Source: Candidatus Cloacimonadota bacterium
GTDB taxonomy: Bacteria > Cloacimonadota > Cloacimonadia > Cloacimonadales > Cloacimonadaceae
Reading direction: 5' to 3'
NCBI GenBank assembly: GCA_035353255.1
Contig: DAOPZE010000001.1
Coordinates: 3,309-67,308 of the forward strand
DNA: 64,000 nt
Below the pieces are notes generated by a model. The model searched no databases and had not been told where the DNA came from. It worked only from the letters and a program-made list of their open reading frames with translations. Of this stretch, positions 1 to 9,408 are shown in pieces. How positions within the stretch are numbered: position 1 is the stretch's first letter; each line of letters starts with the position of its first letter. Made by a program: the position numbers and the translations under genes.

Positions 1-160
1 AAATGCTTATCTATGATAGAGATGTTGTACAGATAGTTTCTGGGGTGATATACATTTACTACAGTCAATCCTGTTTTCTTGACGATTTGGGAAGATTTTC
101 CTTGTCTTAAATGTCCAGTCCCATTTAATGGCAAAAAAGTATTATACGAGGAACACCGTT

Positions 161-1357
161 ATGCAGCTTTCCAAACGTGCCCTGGAAATCCAGGCCTCAC
201 CCATTCGCAAGCTTATGCCTTACGCGATCGCAGCAAAGAAAAGGGGTATCAAGGTTTACCACCTCAATATCGGACAGCCGGACATCGAGACCCCTCCTGA
301 AATGATAAATGAATATCACAACTTCTCAGCTAAAGTTCTCGAATATGGTCCTTCTCAAGGATTGGATGTCTATCGCCATGGTCTGGTTGAATATTACGCA
401 AAGCATAAGATCGAACTTCATGAATCTGATATCATCGTCACAACAGCAGGAAGCGAAGCAATTACTTTTGCTATGATGGTCACATGCAACGAAGGAGATG
501 AGGTATTAGTTCCAGAACCCTTCTATACAAACTACAATGGCTTTGCGACGATGGCATCGATTAAACTGGTGCCGATCACCACTTACGCTGAAGAGGGATT
601 CCGGCTCCCTGATCCCGCAAAGATCGAATCCCTGATCACGCCTAAAACCAGAGCTATTATGCTCTGCAACCCAGGTAATCCAACTGGTTCAGTCTACACT
701 AGGACAGATCTGGAAAAAATATCGACACTGGCACGCAAGCATTCTCTCTTTATAATCTCTGATGAGGTTTACAGGGAATTTGTTTATGATGGCTTAAGCC
801 ATACTAGTATATTGAACATCGATGGTGTCGAAGACCTTGCCATTCTTGTTGACAGTATTTCTAAACGGTATAGTGCTTGTGGAGCGCGTATTGGCTGCAT
901 CGTCTCCAAGAATAAGGAACTCATGGCTGCCGCTTTGAAGTTCGCTCAGGCGAGACTTTGCCCTCCGACAATCGATCAATTGGCAGCTAATGCTTGCGTC
1001 CATCTTCCTGATTCATACATTGCCAATATTCTGACTGAGTATCAGAAACGCCGTGATATCATCTTTGAAGAGATAAGCAGAATACCCGGTGCTGTTTGCA
1101 GGAAACCTGAAGGTGCATTTTACGCTGTTGTGAAGCTACCCATTCCTGATGCCGAAGAGTTTATCATCTGGCTACTTAACAACTTCTCAATAGATAACGA
1201 AACTGTTATGGCCGCCCCGGGTGAGGGTTTTTACGCTACCCCTGGTTTGGGCAAGAACGAGTTACGACTTGCGTACGTTCTGAATGAGCACGACCTTAAG
1301 AAGTCAATGAATATCTTCCGACTCGGACTAGAAGCATACATAAAGCATATATCCTGA
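161..1357 (+). CDS. PLP-dependent class I/II aminotransferase (aspartate/aromatic type)
   Basis: Frame of ORF 128..1357. It has the N-terminal SPIRKL block and the Schiff-base lysine block SISKRYSACGARIG typical of fold-type I aminotransferases. Start placed at ATG 161 because GAGGA lies about 9 nt upstream; ATG 128 has no RBS. Confidence 0.85.
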   Translation: MQLSKRALEIQASPIRKLMPYAIAAKKRGIKVYHLNIGQPDIETPPEMINEYHNFSAKVLEYGPSQGLDVYRHGLVEYYAKHKIELHESDIIVTTAGSEAITFAMMVTCNEGDEVLVPEPFYTNYNGFATMASIKLVPITTYAEEGFRLPDPAKIESLITPKTRAIMLCNPGNPTGSVYTRTDLEKISTLARKHSLFIISDEVYREFVYDGLSHTSILNIDGVEDLAILVDSISKRYSACGARIGCIVSKNKELMAAALKFAQARLCPPTIDQLAANACVHLPDSYIANILTEYQKRRDIIFEEISRIPGAVCRKPEGAFYAVVKLPIPDAEEFIIWLLNNFSIDNETVMAAPGEGFYATPGLGKNELRLAYVLNEHDLKKSMNIFRLGLEAYIKHIS

Positions 1358-2010
1358 TGAATAGATATCTGCAACTGCTTTCAATGCAAAGGATATTAGC
1401 CGGTTTGGTTCATAATATCAACACTCCGCTTAATCTTATCCTTGGATATTCACAGCAGATGCAGACCGCCGACCCTGATAACCCCTCGTTACAAAAGATC
1501 ATAGACGCAGGACTAAGAATAGATGATCTTCTGAGTAATTCAATTGTTAATCTCAATGAGAGAATCTATGGTGATATTAAAAGCATTGATATATCTCACT
1601 GGCTGAGATCAGAAGTAGCCTTTCTCCAAAATGAGTTGTCAATAAAAAGACACATCCAGTTCACATTCATGGACATCGAAGAAAAGCTTATCGTACGAAA
1701 TTCCATTCCCGTTCTTGGAATGGTCTTAGAGTCGATCGTGTTAAACTTCATGGATTTATCTCAATCCAAGTCAGCCACTGCATCACTCTCCCTGAACAGA
1801 GAAGGGATCGACGTGCTTTTACAGATTTATCTTGCTACAGAGCCTCATCTCGGATTAGATGATTACAGCACTATCCTGCCAAGCTGTGTTGATCTAGCCA
1901 TTGTCTTTCCAGGAATGAAGACTGACTTGTTTTACAAGATACATACTCCTTGCATGACTGCAGAAAACTCCTGTCTGGTCGAATTGGTTATCTACAATAT
2001 CCATGAATGA
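1357..2010 (+). CDS. Cytoplasmic HisKA-like protein with H-box but no recognisable G1/G2 ATP-lid motifs (degenerate histidine kinase)
   Basis: H-box-like LVHNINTPLNLILGYSQQM near the N-terminus and an N-box-like LESIVLNFMDLS. There is no DxGxG or GxGLGL and no TM segment. Its start overlaps the upstream stop (TGATG) and its end overlaps the downstream response regulator by 8 nt. Confidence 0.55.
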   Translation: MNRYLQLLSMQRILAGLVHNINTPLNLILGYSQQMQTADPDNPSLQKIIDAGLRIDDLLSNSIVNLNERIYGDIKSIDISHWLRSEVAFLQNELSIKRHIQFTFMDIEEKLIVRNSIPVLGMVLESIVLNFMDLSQSKSATASLSLNREGIDVLLQIYLATEPHLGLDDYSTILPSCVDLAIVFPGMKTDLFYKIHTPCMTAENSCLVELVIYNIHE

Positions 2011-3409
2011 ACGTCATAATATCTTAGTAGTCGATGACAGCGCTGACACGCTCGAGCTCTTTAGTCAGAGGCTGAGTTCCAAGTATACAGTACATACTGC
2101 TTCCGACCTTAAGATCGCAAGGTCTCTTTTATCGATGCACAGATACCATATTGCAATAGTGGATCTGATCCTGCCTGGTGAGGATGGTCTGGATCTTATA
2201 CAGGAGATCAAAAAGATTTATCCCTTCACGGCAGTTATAGCGATTAGCGGTCAAGCCTCGATCGAGACTTCCGTTAATGCCATGAAACTTGGTGCTGATG
2301 AGTTCATCGTCAAGCCGATCAGAAACCTGGAACTCATCAACATTCAGGTTGAGAAAGTGCTCGAGAACCAATGGCTCGTTGAGGAGAACAGAAGGCTCAA
2401 TGAACTGATACAGAAGGATATCGAGACAGACCTAATTATAGGCAATAGCCCTTCTATTCAACAACTCCTCCAGAAAGTGAAGAAGATCGCCAAACTGGAC
2501 ACTCTTGTGCTTATCACCGGAGAGACCGGGGTCGGAAAGAGCGTCTTTGCCGAGCTTATCCACAGGAATAGTCATCGTAAGCATAAGAAGTTTGTTTCGG
2601 TCAACTGCGGAAGTCTCACTGAAACTCTTCTGGAAAGTCTCCTCTTTGGGCACAAGCGTGGCGCCTTCACCGATGCGGTTCGTGATAAGATAGGCTACTT
2701 CCAGGAAGCCAATGGTGGAACACTATTTCTCGATGAAATAACTGAGACATCGCTGTCTTTTCAAGTAAAATTGCTCAAGGTGCTGGAGACTGGAACCTTC
2801 CGTATGGTTGGTCACGACATGGATTTTAATGCCGACTTACGCATCATAGCTGCCTCCAATAAAGACATTGCTGAATGTGTGCGTGAGGGAAGTTTCCGTG
2901 AAGATCTTTATTATCGCCTGAACGTGTTCAATTTGCATATCACTCCTTTGAGGGATCGCCGCGATGATATCAAGATTCTGACCAATGCATTCGTGCGTGA
3001 GTTCTGCGCAAAGTATCGGAAGGAAGAGCTTACCGTATCGCCTGGTGTGATGTCAATAATACTGAATTCACCTTGGAAAGGTAATGTCCGTGAGCTCAGA
3101 AATGCTCTGGAACACGCTGTTATCCTTGCGGAGCATTCCGTGATCCAGCCTGAAGATCTTCCGGATATCATTCTGGGGAATACCGATAACCAGTATGAAC
3201 AACACACAGAATCCACACTTCTCTGGAACAAGGCAAAACAAGAATTTGAACTGCACTATCTGGAAGCATTGCTGGACAAGACCCAAGGAAACCTTAGCGA
3301 AGCATCGAGGCTTTCCGGGATTCCGAGAGAGAATATCTATAAGAAATGCAAGAACCTCAGCATGGACTATTCCAGATACCGCAACGATAACAAGAAACAT
3401 AGCGATTAA
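2003..3409 (+). CDS. Sigma-54-dependent Fis-family response regulator (NtrC-type enhancer-binding protein)
   Basis: Receiver domain (ILVVDDS ... AIVDLILPG ... KP), AAA+ Walker A GETGVGKS, Walker B LFLDEI, sigma-54 contact loop present as GAFTDA, and a C-terminal Fis-type HTH (NLSEASRLSGIPRENIYKK). Confidence 0.9.
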   Translation: MNERHNILVVDDSADTLELFSQRLSSKYTVHTASDLKIARSLLSMHRYHIAIVDLILPGEDGLDLIQEIKKIYPFTAVIAISGQASIETSVNAMKLGADEFIVKPIRNLELINIQVEKVLENQWLVEENRRLNELIQKDIETDLIIGNSPSIQQLLQKVKKIAKLDTLVLITGETGVGKSVFAELIHRNSHRKHKKFVSVNCGSLTETLLESLLFGHKRGAFTDAVRDKIGYFQEANGGTLFLDEITETSLSFQVKLLKVLETGTFRMVGHDMDFNADLRIIAASNKDIAECVREGSFREDLYYRLNVFNLHITPLRDRRDDIKILTNAFVREFCAKYRKEELTVSPGVMSIILNSPWKGNVRELRNALEHAVILAEHSVIQPEDLPDIILGNTDNQYEQHTESTLLWNKAKQEFELHYLEALLDKTQGNLSEASRLSGIPRENIYKKCKNLSMDYSRYRNDNKKHSD

Positions 3410-3420
3410 TAGGTGAGATT

Positions 3421-4353
3421 ATGAAGACTAAATGGAAGATATCCCCCTATCTTTACATACTGCCGGCGTTTATACTGCTGGCTGCGTTCCGCTTGATCCC
3501 GATCGTCATGTCCTTTATCATAGGCTTTTACAAATGGTCGATCAAAGGAACGGGCGAGTTCATAGGTTTGCAAAACTATGCGAGAATGTTTACTGATGGT
3601 GTATTTTGGCAGTCACTGCTCAATACATTTTGGCTGGTGATCATTGTTGTTCCAGCAAGTCTGATCTTCTCCCTGATCTTTGCGGCACTACTCAATCAGA
3701 TCAAGAAGCTGAGCGGATTCTTCCGCACAATTTACTTCTTGCCGTTTGTCACATCCCTGGTAGCAGTCTCGATCGTGTGGAAGATCATCTTTAATGAACA
3801 AACTGGACTGGCTAACACATTCTTAGGCTGGTTCAGCATTGCTCCTCAGAAGTGGCTGGCAGAACCGACGGGTATCTTTCAGTTGATGTTTGCCCCCTTA
3901 GGAGCGCATCTGCCAACGATCCTAGCCGGACCCTCGCAAGCTCTTTTCGCGATCATTATCATGAGCATCTGGAAGGGACTAGGCTACAACACGATCATCT
4001 ATCTCGCCGGCTTGCAGAATATCCCCAAGGATTACTATGAAGCTGCTGAGATCGATGGAGCGAACAAGCTTAAACAATTCACCCGAATAACCGTCCCTCT
4101 GATCTCCCCCACGACGTTCTATGTCCTGATAATGACAACGATAACGACATTCCAGACCTTCTCTCAAGTCTATTTGATGACTGACAAGGGTGGTCCATTG
4201 AATACGACGAAACTTATCGTCTATTACATTTACGAGAAAGGATTTGACGCTCTTGATATGGGTTACGCAAGCGCTGTCGCGCTATTCCTCTTTGTCGTGA
4301 TCCTTGGGTTGACAATTCTGCAACGTCGCCTTGAAAAGCACGTGAATTACTAG
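3421..4353 (+). CDS. Carbohydrate-type ABC transporter permease (MalF/UgpA-like)
   Basis: Six hydrophobic spans and the EAA loop EAAEIDGANKLKQFTRITVPLISP. RBS AGGTGA upstream. Confidence 0.85.
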   Translation: MKTKWKISPYLYILPAFILLAAFRLIPIVMSFIIGFYKWSIKGTGEFIGLQNYARMFTDGVFWQSLLNTFWLVIIVVPASLIFSLIFAALLNQIKKLSGFFRTIYFLPFVTSLVAVSIVWKIIFNEQTGLANTFLGWFSIAPQKWLAEPTGIFQLMFAPLGAHLPTILAGPSQALFAIIIMSIWKGLGYNTIIYLAGLQNIPKDYYEAAEIDGANKLKQFTRITVPLISPTTFYVLIMTTITTFQTFSQVYLMTDKGGPLNTTKLIVYYIYEKGFDALDMGYASAVALFLFVVILGLTILQRRLEKHVNY

Positions 4354-4365
4354 AGGAGGACGAAG

Positions 4366-5352
4366 ATGAACGAAAAACTACGAATGACCCTGATTTACAC
4401 TGTACTCACCGTATGCGGTCTCTTCATGGTAGTCCCCTTTCTTTGGATGCTGACGACTTCTCTCATGACTCAGCCGGAATTTAATAAACATGATTCTGTG
4501 TTCATCCCCAAAGAAGAGTACTTTGTTTGGGACAACGGTACGAAGGAACAACATGTCATCATGGTTCAGGTCGAAGGGAAGGAAACCGTCATTCATATTC
4601 TCGGCAAAGATAACCTGATTGTGAAGGAATACGTCAGAGTTCCCTCGGATCAAGTCCATAAAGTCAAGAAGATACCAAGTATCCATTGGGACAACTTCGC
4701 CAAAGCCTTCCAGAAAGTCCCGTTTGCCACATACTTTGCCAATACGATCTACGTTGCGCTGATGTCTCTGATCGGAGTTCTGATCACCTCCGTCCTGGCT
4801 GCATACGCTTTTGGACGAATGGAGTTCAAAGGGAAGGACTTGTTGTTCTACTTATTCCTGAGCATGATGATGGTGCCCGAACCAGTGTATCTGATCTCAT
4901 CCTACATCTTGCTGGATAAGCTCTCCTGGCTTGATACCTATCAAGCGTTGATCATTCCCTGGTGCGTCAATATATTCACAATATTCCTTTTCCGTCAGCA
5001 CTTCAAGAGTCTTCCCAAGGAGTTATTCGAGTCAGCGTCAATCGATGGCTGCAGTACCTTTGGTATGCTCTGGAGGATTATTCTTCCCTTATCGAAATCT
5101 GTGATCGCGACAGCGACAGTGTTCTCCATCATCGGCTCCTGGAATAGTTTCATGTGGCCACTGGTCATGACGACAAGACCTGAGCTGAGGGTTCTGCAAG
5201 TCGGCTTAAGCTATTTCAACCAGGAAGCCTCGACTCAGGCAACTCTTTTGATGGCCGCCTCAACTTTCAGTATCGTCCCGATCCTGATAATCTTCTTCCT
5301 CGCTCAAAAACAGATCATTGCCAGCTATGCCAAAGCCGGCTTAAAAGACTAA
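4366..5352 (+). CDS. Carbohydrate-type ABC transporter permease (MalG/UgpE-like) with enlarged first periplasmic loop
   Basis: EAA loop ESASIDGCSTFGMLWRIILPLSKS. A ~70-aa hydrophilic insert follows TM1. RBS GAGGAGG upstream. Confidence 0.85.
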   Translation: MNEKLRMTLIYTVLTVCGLFMVVPFLWMLTTSLMTQPEFNKHDSVFIPKEEYFVWDNGTKEQHVIMVQVEGKETVIHILGKDNLIVKEYVRVPSDQVHKVKKIPSIHWDNFAKAFQKVPFATYFANTIYVALMSLIGVLITSVLAAYAFGRMEFKGKDLLFYLFLSMMMVPEPVYLISSYILLDKLSWLDTYQALIIPWCVNIFTIFLFRQHFKSLPKELFESASIDGCSTFGMLWRIILPLSKSVIATATVFSIIGSWNSFMWPLVMTTRPELRVLQVGLSYFNQEASTQATLLMAASTFSIVPILIIFFLAQKQIIASYAKAGLKD

Positions 5353-5367
5353 AGTTTCGGAGTATTT

Positions 5368-8085
5368 ATGAACGCTAAAAGCAAACCCGTCACTCTATCA
5401 ACCAAGAAAAAGAACTATGTGGTTCCTGAGAAACCGATCATAGTCGATGACCAACCTCTCAAGCCACACGCGCTAGTTCCCATCCGCACTAATACTCTCA
5501 TAGCCTGGGCGATCTTTGCCGTGACTTTGATCGTCTATATGCTGACTCAGGCAAGGACGATGAGTTTTTGGGATTCAGGAGAATACGCCACCTGTATCAG
5601 TATCCTGGGTGTTCCCCATCCCCCGGGAAATCCCTTCTACATAGTTTTCGGCAGAGCCCTGGTAAGCCTGTTTGGATGGCTTGCATCAGATGCAGTCATC
5701 GCGGCATTTATTTCCTGCATGACTTCGGCTTTCGCCGTAATGTTCACCTATCTGATCACAGTCAAGCTGACAAGCATGTTCAAGATCAAAGCTTGGGAAG
5801 CAATGTTTGCCGGAGTTATAGCAGCATTATTCACCGCATTTTCCTTTACTTTCTGGATGAACGCGATCGAGGCTGAAGTCTATTCCGGACTCGTTTTCTT
5901 TGTGAATCTGATCTTCTGGGTGACCCTGGTCTGGGTCGAAAAGTCAGACGATTTCGATCATCAGAACATCCTTTTATTGATCGTCTATCTTTTCTTCCTG
6001 GGATTCTGTGTGCATCAAACCGCACTCCAGATCGCTCCCGCCATGTTGTTCATCGTTGTTTATCCCATGCTTCAAACTGGAGTCAAGAAAGACAACTTCT
6101 GGCTCAAGATATTGGGCTATTCTGCACTGTTGATCGCCGGATATGCGATCTTTGGCGTAATTGGCAAGGGAGCCAACAACGATCAGCTCGATAAATGGGG
6201 ATTCGGTATCATCGCTCTATTGATCATGTATATAGAGCTTAGAGACGTGATCGATTACCGGGTTTGGCTGCTCGCCTTTGCTCTTGTAGGTATCGGTCTA
6301 TCCTCGCACTTCTATCTCATGGTACGTGCCGCTGATCGTCCTTTTATCAATGAAGGTCAGCCCAGTACACTTAGCGCGTTTACTGATTATGTTCTGAGAC
6401 GCCAGTATGGGCAGAGTTCATTCCTGGAAAGGAGAAGCTCTTTCTTTGGGAATCAGCTTGGATTCCATTTCTTGCGCTATTTTGGTACTCAGTGGTTCAA
6501 CGCTGAAACGATATCCGGTTTTCTGAAAATACCTGCTAACGCGATCATTACCCTTGGCGCGATGATCGTCGGAGCGCTCGGCGTTGTGGGCGGTTGGTTC
6601 CAGCTCAAACAGAATCGTCATAGCTTCCGCTATCTGATGATCGTTCTCTTCTTCACCACGATCGCCATGGTTTTCATCATGAACCTTTCCGATGGTGAAG
6701 TTCGTGACCGTGACTATTTCTTCGTGGTTGCTTACAATATGTGGGCAATACTTTTAGGAATTGGTTCTCTGGCTTTTGTGCATCTGATCAAAAGCAACGC
6801 AGGCAAGATCGCCATGATCTGCGTCCTGGGGCTGTTGCCTCTGCTAAATCTGGTTTCTCAGTACAATGTTCATGATCGTTCACAGGAGTATATCGCGCTT
6901 GATTACGGAGTGAATTTCCTCAATTCTTTGGAAGAGAACGCGATAATCTTCACCAACGGCGATAATGACACCTTCCCGCTCTGGTACGCGCAAGCCGTTC
7001 AAGACCCTCACGCAAAGCAGAATATCTATAAAGCGACCGATATCGTTCCGGATGCTGCCACCGACCAAGCCATCAAACGAGCCATGGAATACAAGAATAA
7101 GTATCTCAAAGGAATTCGTAAGGATGTCTCCATCGCGAATCTATCCCTCCTGAACACACCCTGGTATATTCGCCAACTTCGTGATAAGGAAGGAATTCTC
7201 TTCAACGTCGATGACAGCCAGCTTGAAGATATGAACATCTCATTCGGAAGGCAATTCGAAGTCGGTTTCCCCGGTAATCCGTCCGCGGGCAAGATCACTG
7301 TGCCGATCGAAGATCAGCCCAGCTGGCGCCCCAACGGAGGCTTGATCAGATCAGATGTAGCTGTCATGCAGATCATCAAAGACAACTTCGGCAAGCGTCC
7401 GATATATTTTGCCGTGACTTGCCAAAGCTATATCGGATTCGAAGAATTCACCCGCAATGAGGGTATGGTTGCCAGAGTGGTCACCACCAAGAATGCTGAG
7501 CAGATCAATTTCAGCAGATTGCTGAACAATATCGATAACATCTATCAGTATCGCTCGATCGGAAACAAAGCAGTTTACAAGGATTCAAACATGAGGAGTC
7601 TGGTTCAGAACTACGGTTCCGGATTCATTAAAGCAGCTATCCGTTTTGTCGAGATTGGTGATTTCGCCAAAGCTAAATCCTACTCTGAGAGAGGACGGAA
7701 ATTCATCGATAACGAGATCAAGATGACCGAATTCAATGTTGCTTACTACTCAGCTACGGGGCAATGGTCCAAACTGGACGAATTCATTCAGAAATACCTC
7801 TTACCATACGATCGCAGCAACGAGATCTACGTCAGTTATGTCCTCAGGCACTTAGTCGAGAAATATCCTGATAAAACACTGGAGTACGTCGAGAAGGGCA
7901 TGCTCTTCTTCCCGGATGATCAGAGTTTCGCTCAGATCGCTCTCGAGATGAACGAGTCTCCGGAAGCAAAAGCTAGGATCAAAGCCATTTACGAAAGGGT
8001 GAAACCCAACGTGAATTACATGATCGATCCCTATATTCAGGAGCTCGACAACCCTGTCCCCGCGGATACGACACGCAGGAACTAG
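5368..8085 (+). CDS. DUF2723/PMT-like polytopic membrane glycosyltransferase with C-terminal helical-repeat domain
   Basis: N-terminal SFWDSGEYATCISILGVPHPPGNPFY block, which I associate with DUF2723 (TMEM260-like). About 11 TM spans are followed by a ~400-aa soluble helical C-terminus. Confidence 0.65.
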   Translation: MNAKSKPVTLSTKKKNYVVPEKPIIVDDQPLKPHALVPIRTNTLIAWAIFAVTLIVYMLTQARTMSFWDSGEYATCISILGVPHPPGNPFYIVFGRALVSLFGWLASDAVIAAFISCMTSAFAVMFTYLITVKLTSMFKIKAWEAMFAGVIAALFTAFSFTFWMNAIEAEVYSGLVFFVNLIFWVTLVWVEKSDDFDHQNILLLIVYLFFLGFCVHQTALQIAPAMLFIVVYPMLQTGVKKDNFWLKILGYSALLIAGYAIFGVIGKGANNDQLDKWGFGIIALLIMYIELRDVIDYRVWLLAFALVGIGLSSHFYLMVRAADRPFINEGQPSTLSAFTDYVLRRQYGQSSFLERRSSFFGNQLGFHFLRYFGTQWFNAETISGFLKIPANAIITLGAMIVGALGVVGGWFQLKQNRHSFRYLMIVLFFTTIAMVFIMNLSDGEVRDRDYFFVVAYNMWAILLGIGSLAFVHLIKSNAGKIAMICVLGLLPLLNLVSQYNVHDRSQEYIALDYGVNFLNSLEENAIIFTNGDNDTFPLWYAQAVQDPHAKQNIYKATDIVPDAATDQAIKRAMEYKNKYLKGIRKDVSIANLSLLNTPWYIRQLRDKEGILFNVDDSQLEDMNISFGRQFEVGFPGNPSAGKITVPIEDQPSWRPNGGLIRSDVAVMQIIKDNFGKRPIYFAVTCQSYIGFEEFTRNEGMVARVVTTKNAEQINFSRLLNNIDNIYQYRSIGNKAVYKDSNMRSLVQNYGSGFIKAAIRFVEIGDFAKAKSYSERGRKFIDNEIKMTEFNVAYYSATGQWSKLDEFIQKYLLPYDRSNEIYVSYVLRHLVEKYPDKTLEYVEKGMLFFPDDQSFAQIALEMNESPEAKARIKAIYERVKPNVNYMIDPYIQELDNPVPADTTRRN

Positions 8086-8104
8086 ACTGCAGATCATATC
8101 ATTT

Positions 8105-8136
8105 GAAGCGCTTCCGATCGGAAGCGCTTTTTTCTT
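8105..8136 (+). terminator. Rho-independent terminator after the DUF2723 gene
   Basis: 10-bp perfect stem AAGCGCTTCC (8106-8115) / GGAAGCGCTT (8120-8129), 4-nt loop, then TTTTTC. Confidence 0.85.
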
Positions 8137-8189
8137 TTCAAATATTACAGCCTCTAACTTACTCCCAGCCCTTCCCTATCGGTTTCGTG

Positions 8190-8237
8190 TATCCTTACCG
8201 TATCATTACCGTACGCTTCCCGTATGATATCCGTACA
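8190..8237 (+). repeat. 11-bp-phased CCGTAYG array, copy R1
   Basis: Sequence TATCCTTA-CCGTATC-atta-CCGTACG-cttc-CCGTATG-atat-CCGTACa. CCGTA cores start at 8198, 8209, 8220 and 8231, exactly 11 bp apart. Confidence 0.9.
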
Positions 8238-8457
8238 AGATACGATCACGATACTACACCTTTATCAGGATAATTCAGCCATCTCTTTGGCGGACAAAAG
8301 GAAAGAAGGGATTTTGTCTGATAGAGTATTCAAGGATGGCTGAGGAATATTTACCCGATCATAAGATAATCGCTGAAACTGTCCCTGATCTGCCAGAACT
8401 GTCTCGCCTATATATTATAGAGGGATGAATCTCTCAAGTAACAAAATGGAGTATTAT

Positions 8458-8901
8458 ATGAAAGTCAAACTCAACTACAACCAGCGTGCATATTCAGGTA
8501 AGCTGAACGATCTCGTTTACTATTGGGATTCTCAGTCAGGGATGATGATCGCGCGCAGAAAGCCGGTACATAAGGAAATCACGGCACAAAACAGGAGTTT
8601 CGGTATTAACTCAGTAAAACTCAGCGGGTTGATCCAAAATCCTGAGTTCAGGATAGACATGAAGCTCTATCTGGGGCTACTTCGGGAGGCAGATATGAAT
8701 GACGGGATAAATCGATGGTACGCACTCTACAACCGTATGATCTGGGGATTTGTGAAGAAACACCAAGAATGGAACATCAACGAGCTTGATCATGACACGA
8801 TCATCAGTAATGGGTTAAGCTGTGGAAGCGTGAAAACGGCTGTCGATGATGGATTATTGCCGCGAGTGGAAGGTTATCAGAGAATGACGAATCTCATCTG
8901 A
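8458..8901 (+). CDS. Hypothetical protein (147 aa), no recognisable motif
   Basis: Frame of ORF 8425..8901. Start moved to ATG 8458, which has GGAG 6 nt upstream. It is followed by a strong hairpin. Confidence 0.5.
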   Translation: MKVKLNYNQRAYSGKLNDLVYYWDSQSGMMIARRKPVHKEITAQNRSFGINSVKLSGLIQNPEFRIDMKLYLGLLREADMNDGINRWYALYNRMIWGFVKKHQEWNINELDHDTIISNGLSCGSVKTAVDDGLLPRVEGYQRMTNLI

Positions 8902-8922
8902 AAAAGCTGGCTAATGTGAAAT

Positions 8923-8948
8923 AAAGGTCACTTCGGAAAGTGACCTTT
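8923..8948. terminator. Bidirectional hairpin between convergent genes
   Basis: 11-bp perfect stem AAAGGTCACTT (8923-8933) / AAGTGACCTTT (8938-8948) with loop CGGA. It is A/T-flanked on both sides and lies between the 3' ends of 8458..8901 (+) and 8952..9404 (-). Confidence 0.8.
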
Positions 8949-8951
8949 GTT

Positions 8952-9404
8952 TCAAAAGAGGACTTTCACTAAAAGCTCAGGTTCGATGCGGAAGACGGAA
9001 CCCGACCCTTCAAAGAAATGATGTTCCTTGATCATGTGAAGATTCAGGGATGACCAGCTGATCGTGAGCCCAAGCTCAGTATTGGTGAGCCTGGTGACAG
9101 CTTTACGATAAACGCCGGGATGACTGAAGGGACAGGGCAACTTACCCCGGACAACTTCTGTCTCCACGACGAACTTGTTCTCGATTTCCAGAGGAGTGTC
9201 ATAGCTATTCCAGGAAGCGTCAGTAAAATACTGCATCCTGTCAGCAATTTCCTCGGGAGTTTTACCAAGGTTCTCCAATGTCTGTTCATCTGTTTCAATG
9301 ATCTCATGATAGTGTCGTGTGTCATCCCCCAGGAACCCGCTCAGGGTGATGACACCGGGTTGCATCCGCTTATCGATCTTGATTTCTTGAGGTGTTTGTT
9401 TCAT
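8952..9404 (-). CDS. Hypothetical cytoplasmic protein (150 aa), last gene of the nqr-like operon
   Basis: Frame of ORF 8952..9452. Start placed at MKQTPQEI (9404), 4 nt after the nqrF-like stop at 9409. No motif recognised. Confidence 0.55.
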   Translation of the reverse strand: MKQTPQEIKIDKRMQPGVITLSGFLGDDTRHYHEIIETDEQTLENLGKTPEEIADRMQYFTDASWNSYDTPLEIENKFVVETEVVRGKLPCPFSHPGVYRKAVTRLTNTELGLTISWSSLNLHMIKEHHFFEGSGSVFRIEPELLVKVLF

Positions 9405-9408
9405 AATA

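Noticed and set aside
729-744. Other TGGCAC hexamers, at 729, about 26006, about 34041 and about 61766, and in reverse orientation at 23640 and 46970.
   Set aside because: None has TTGC at the required 5-nt spacing, and all are deep inside coding regions.
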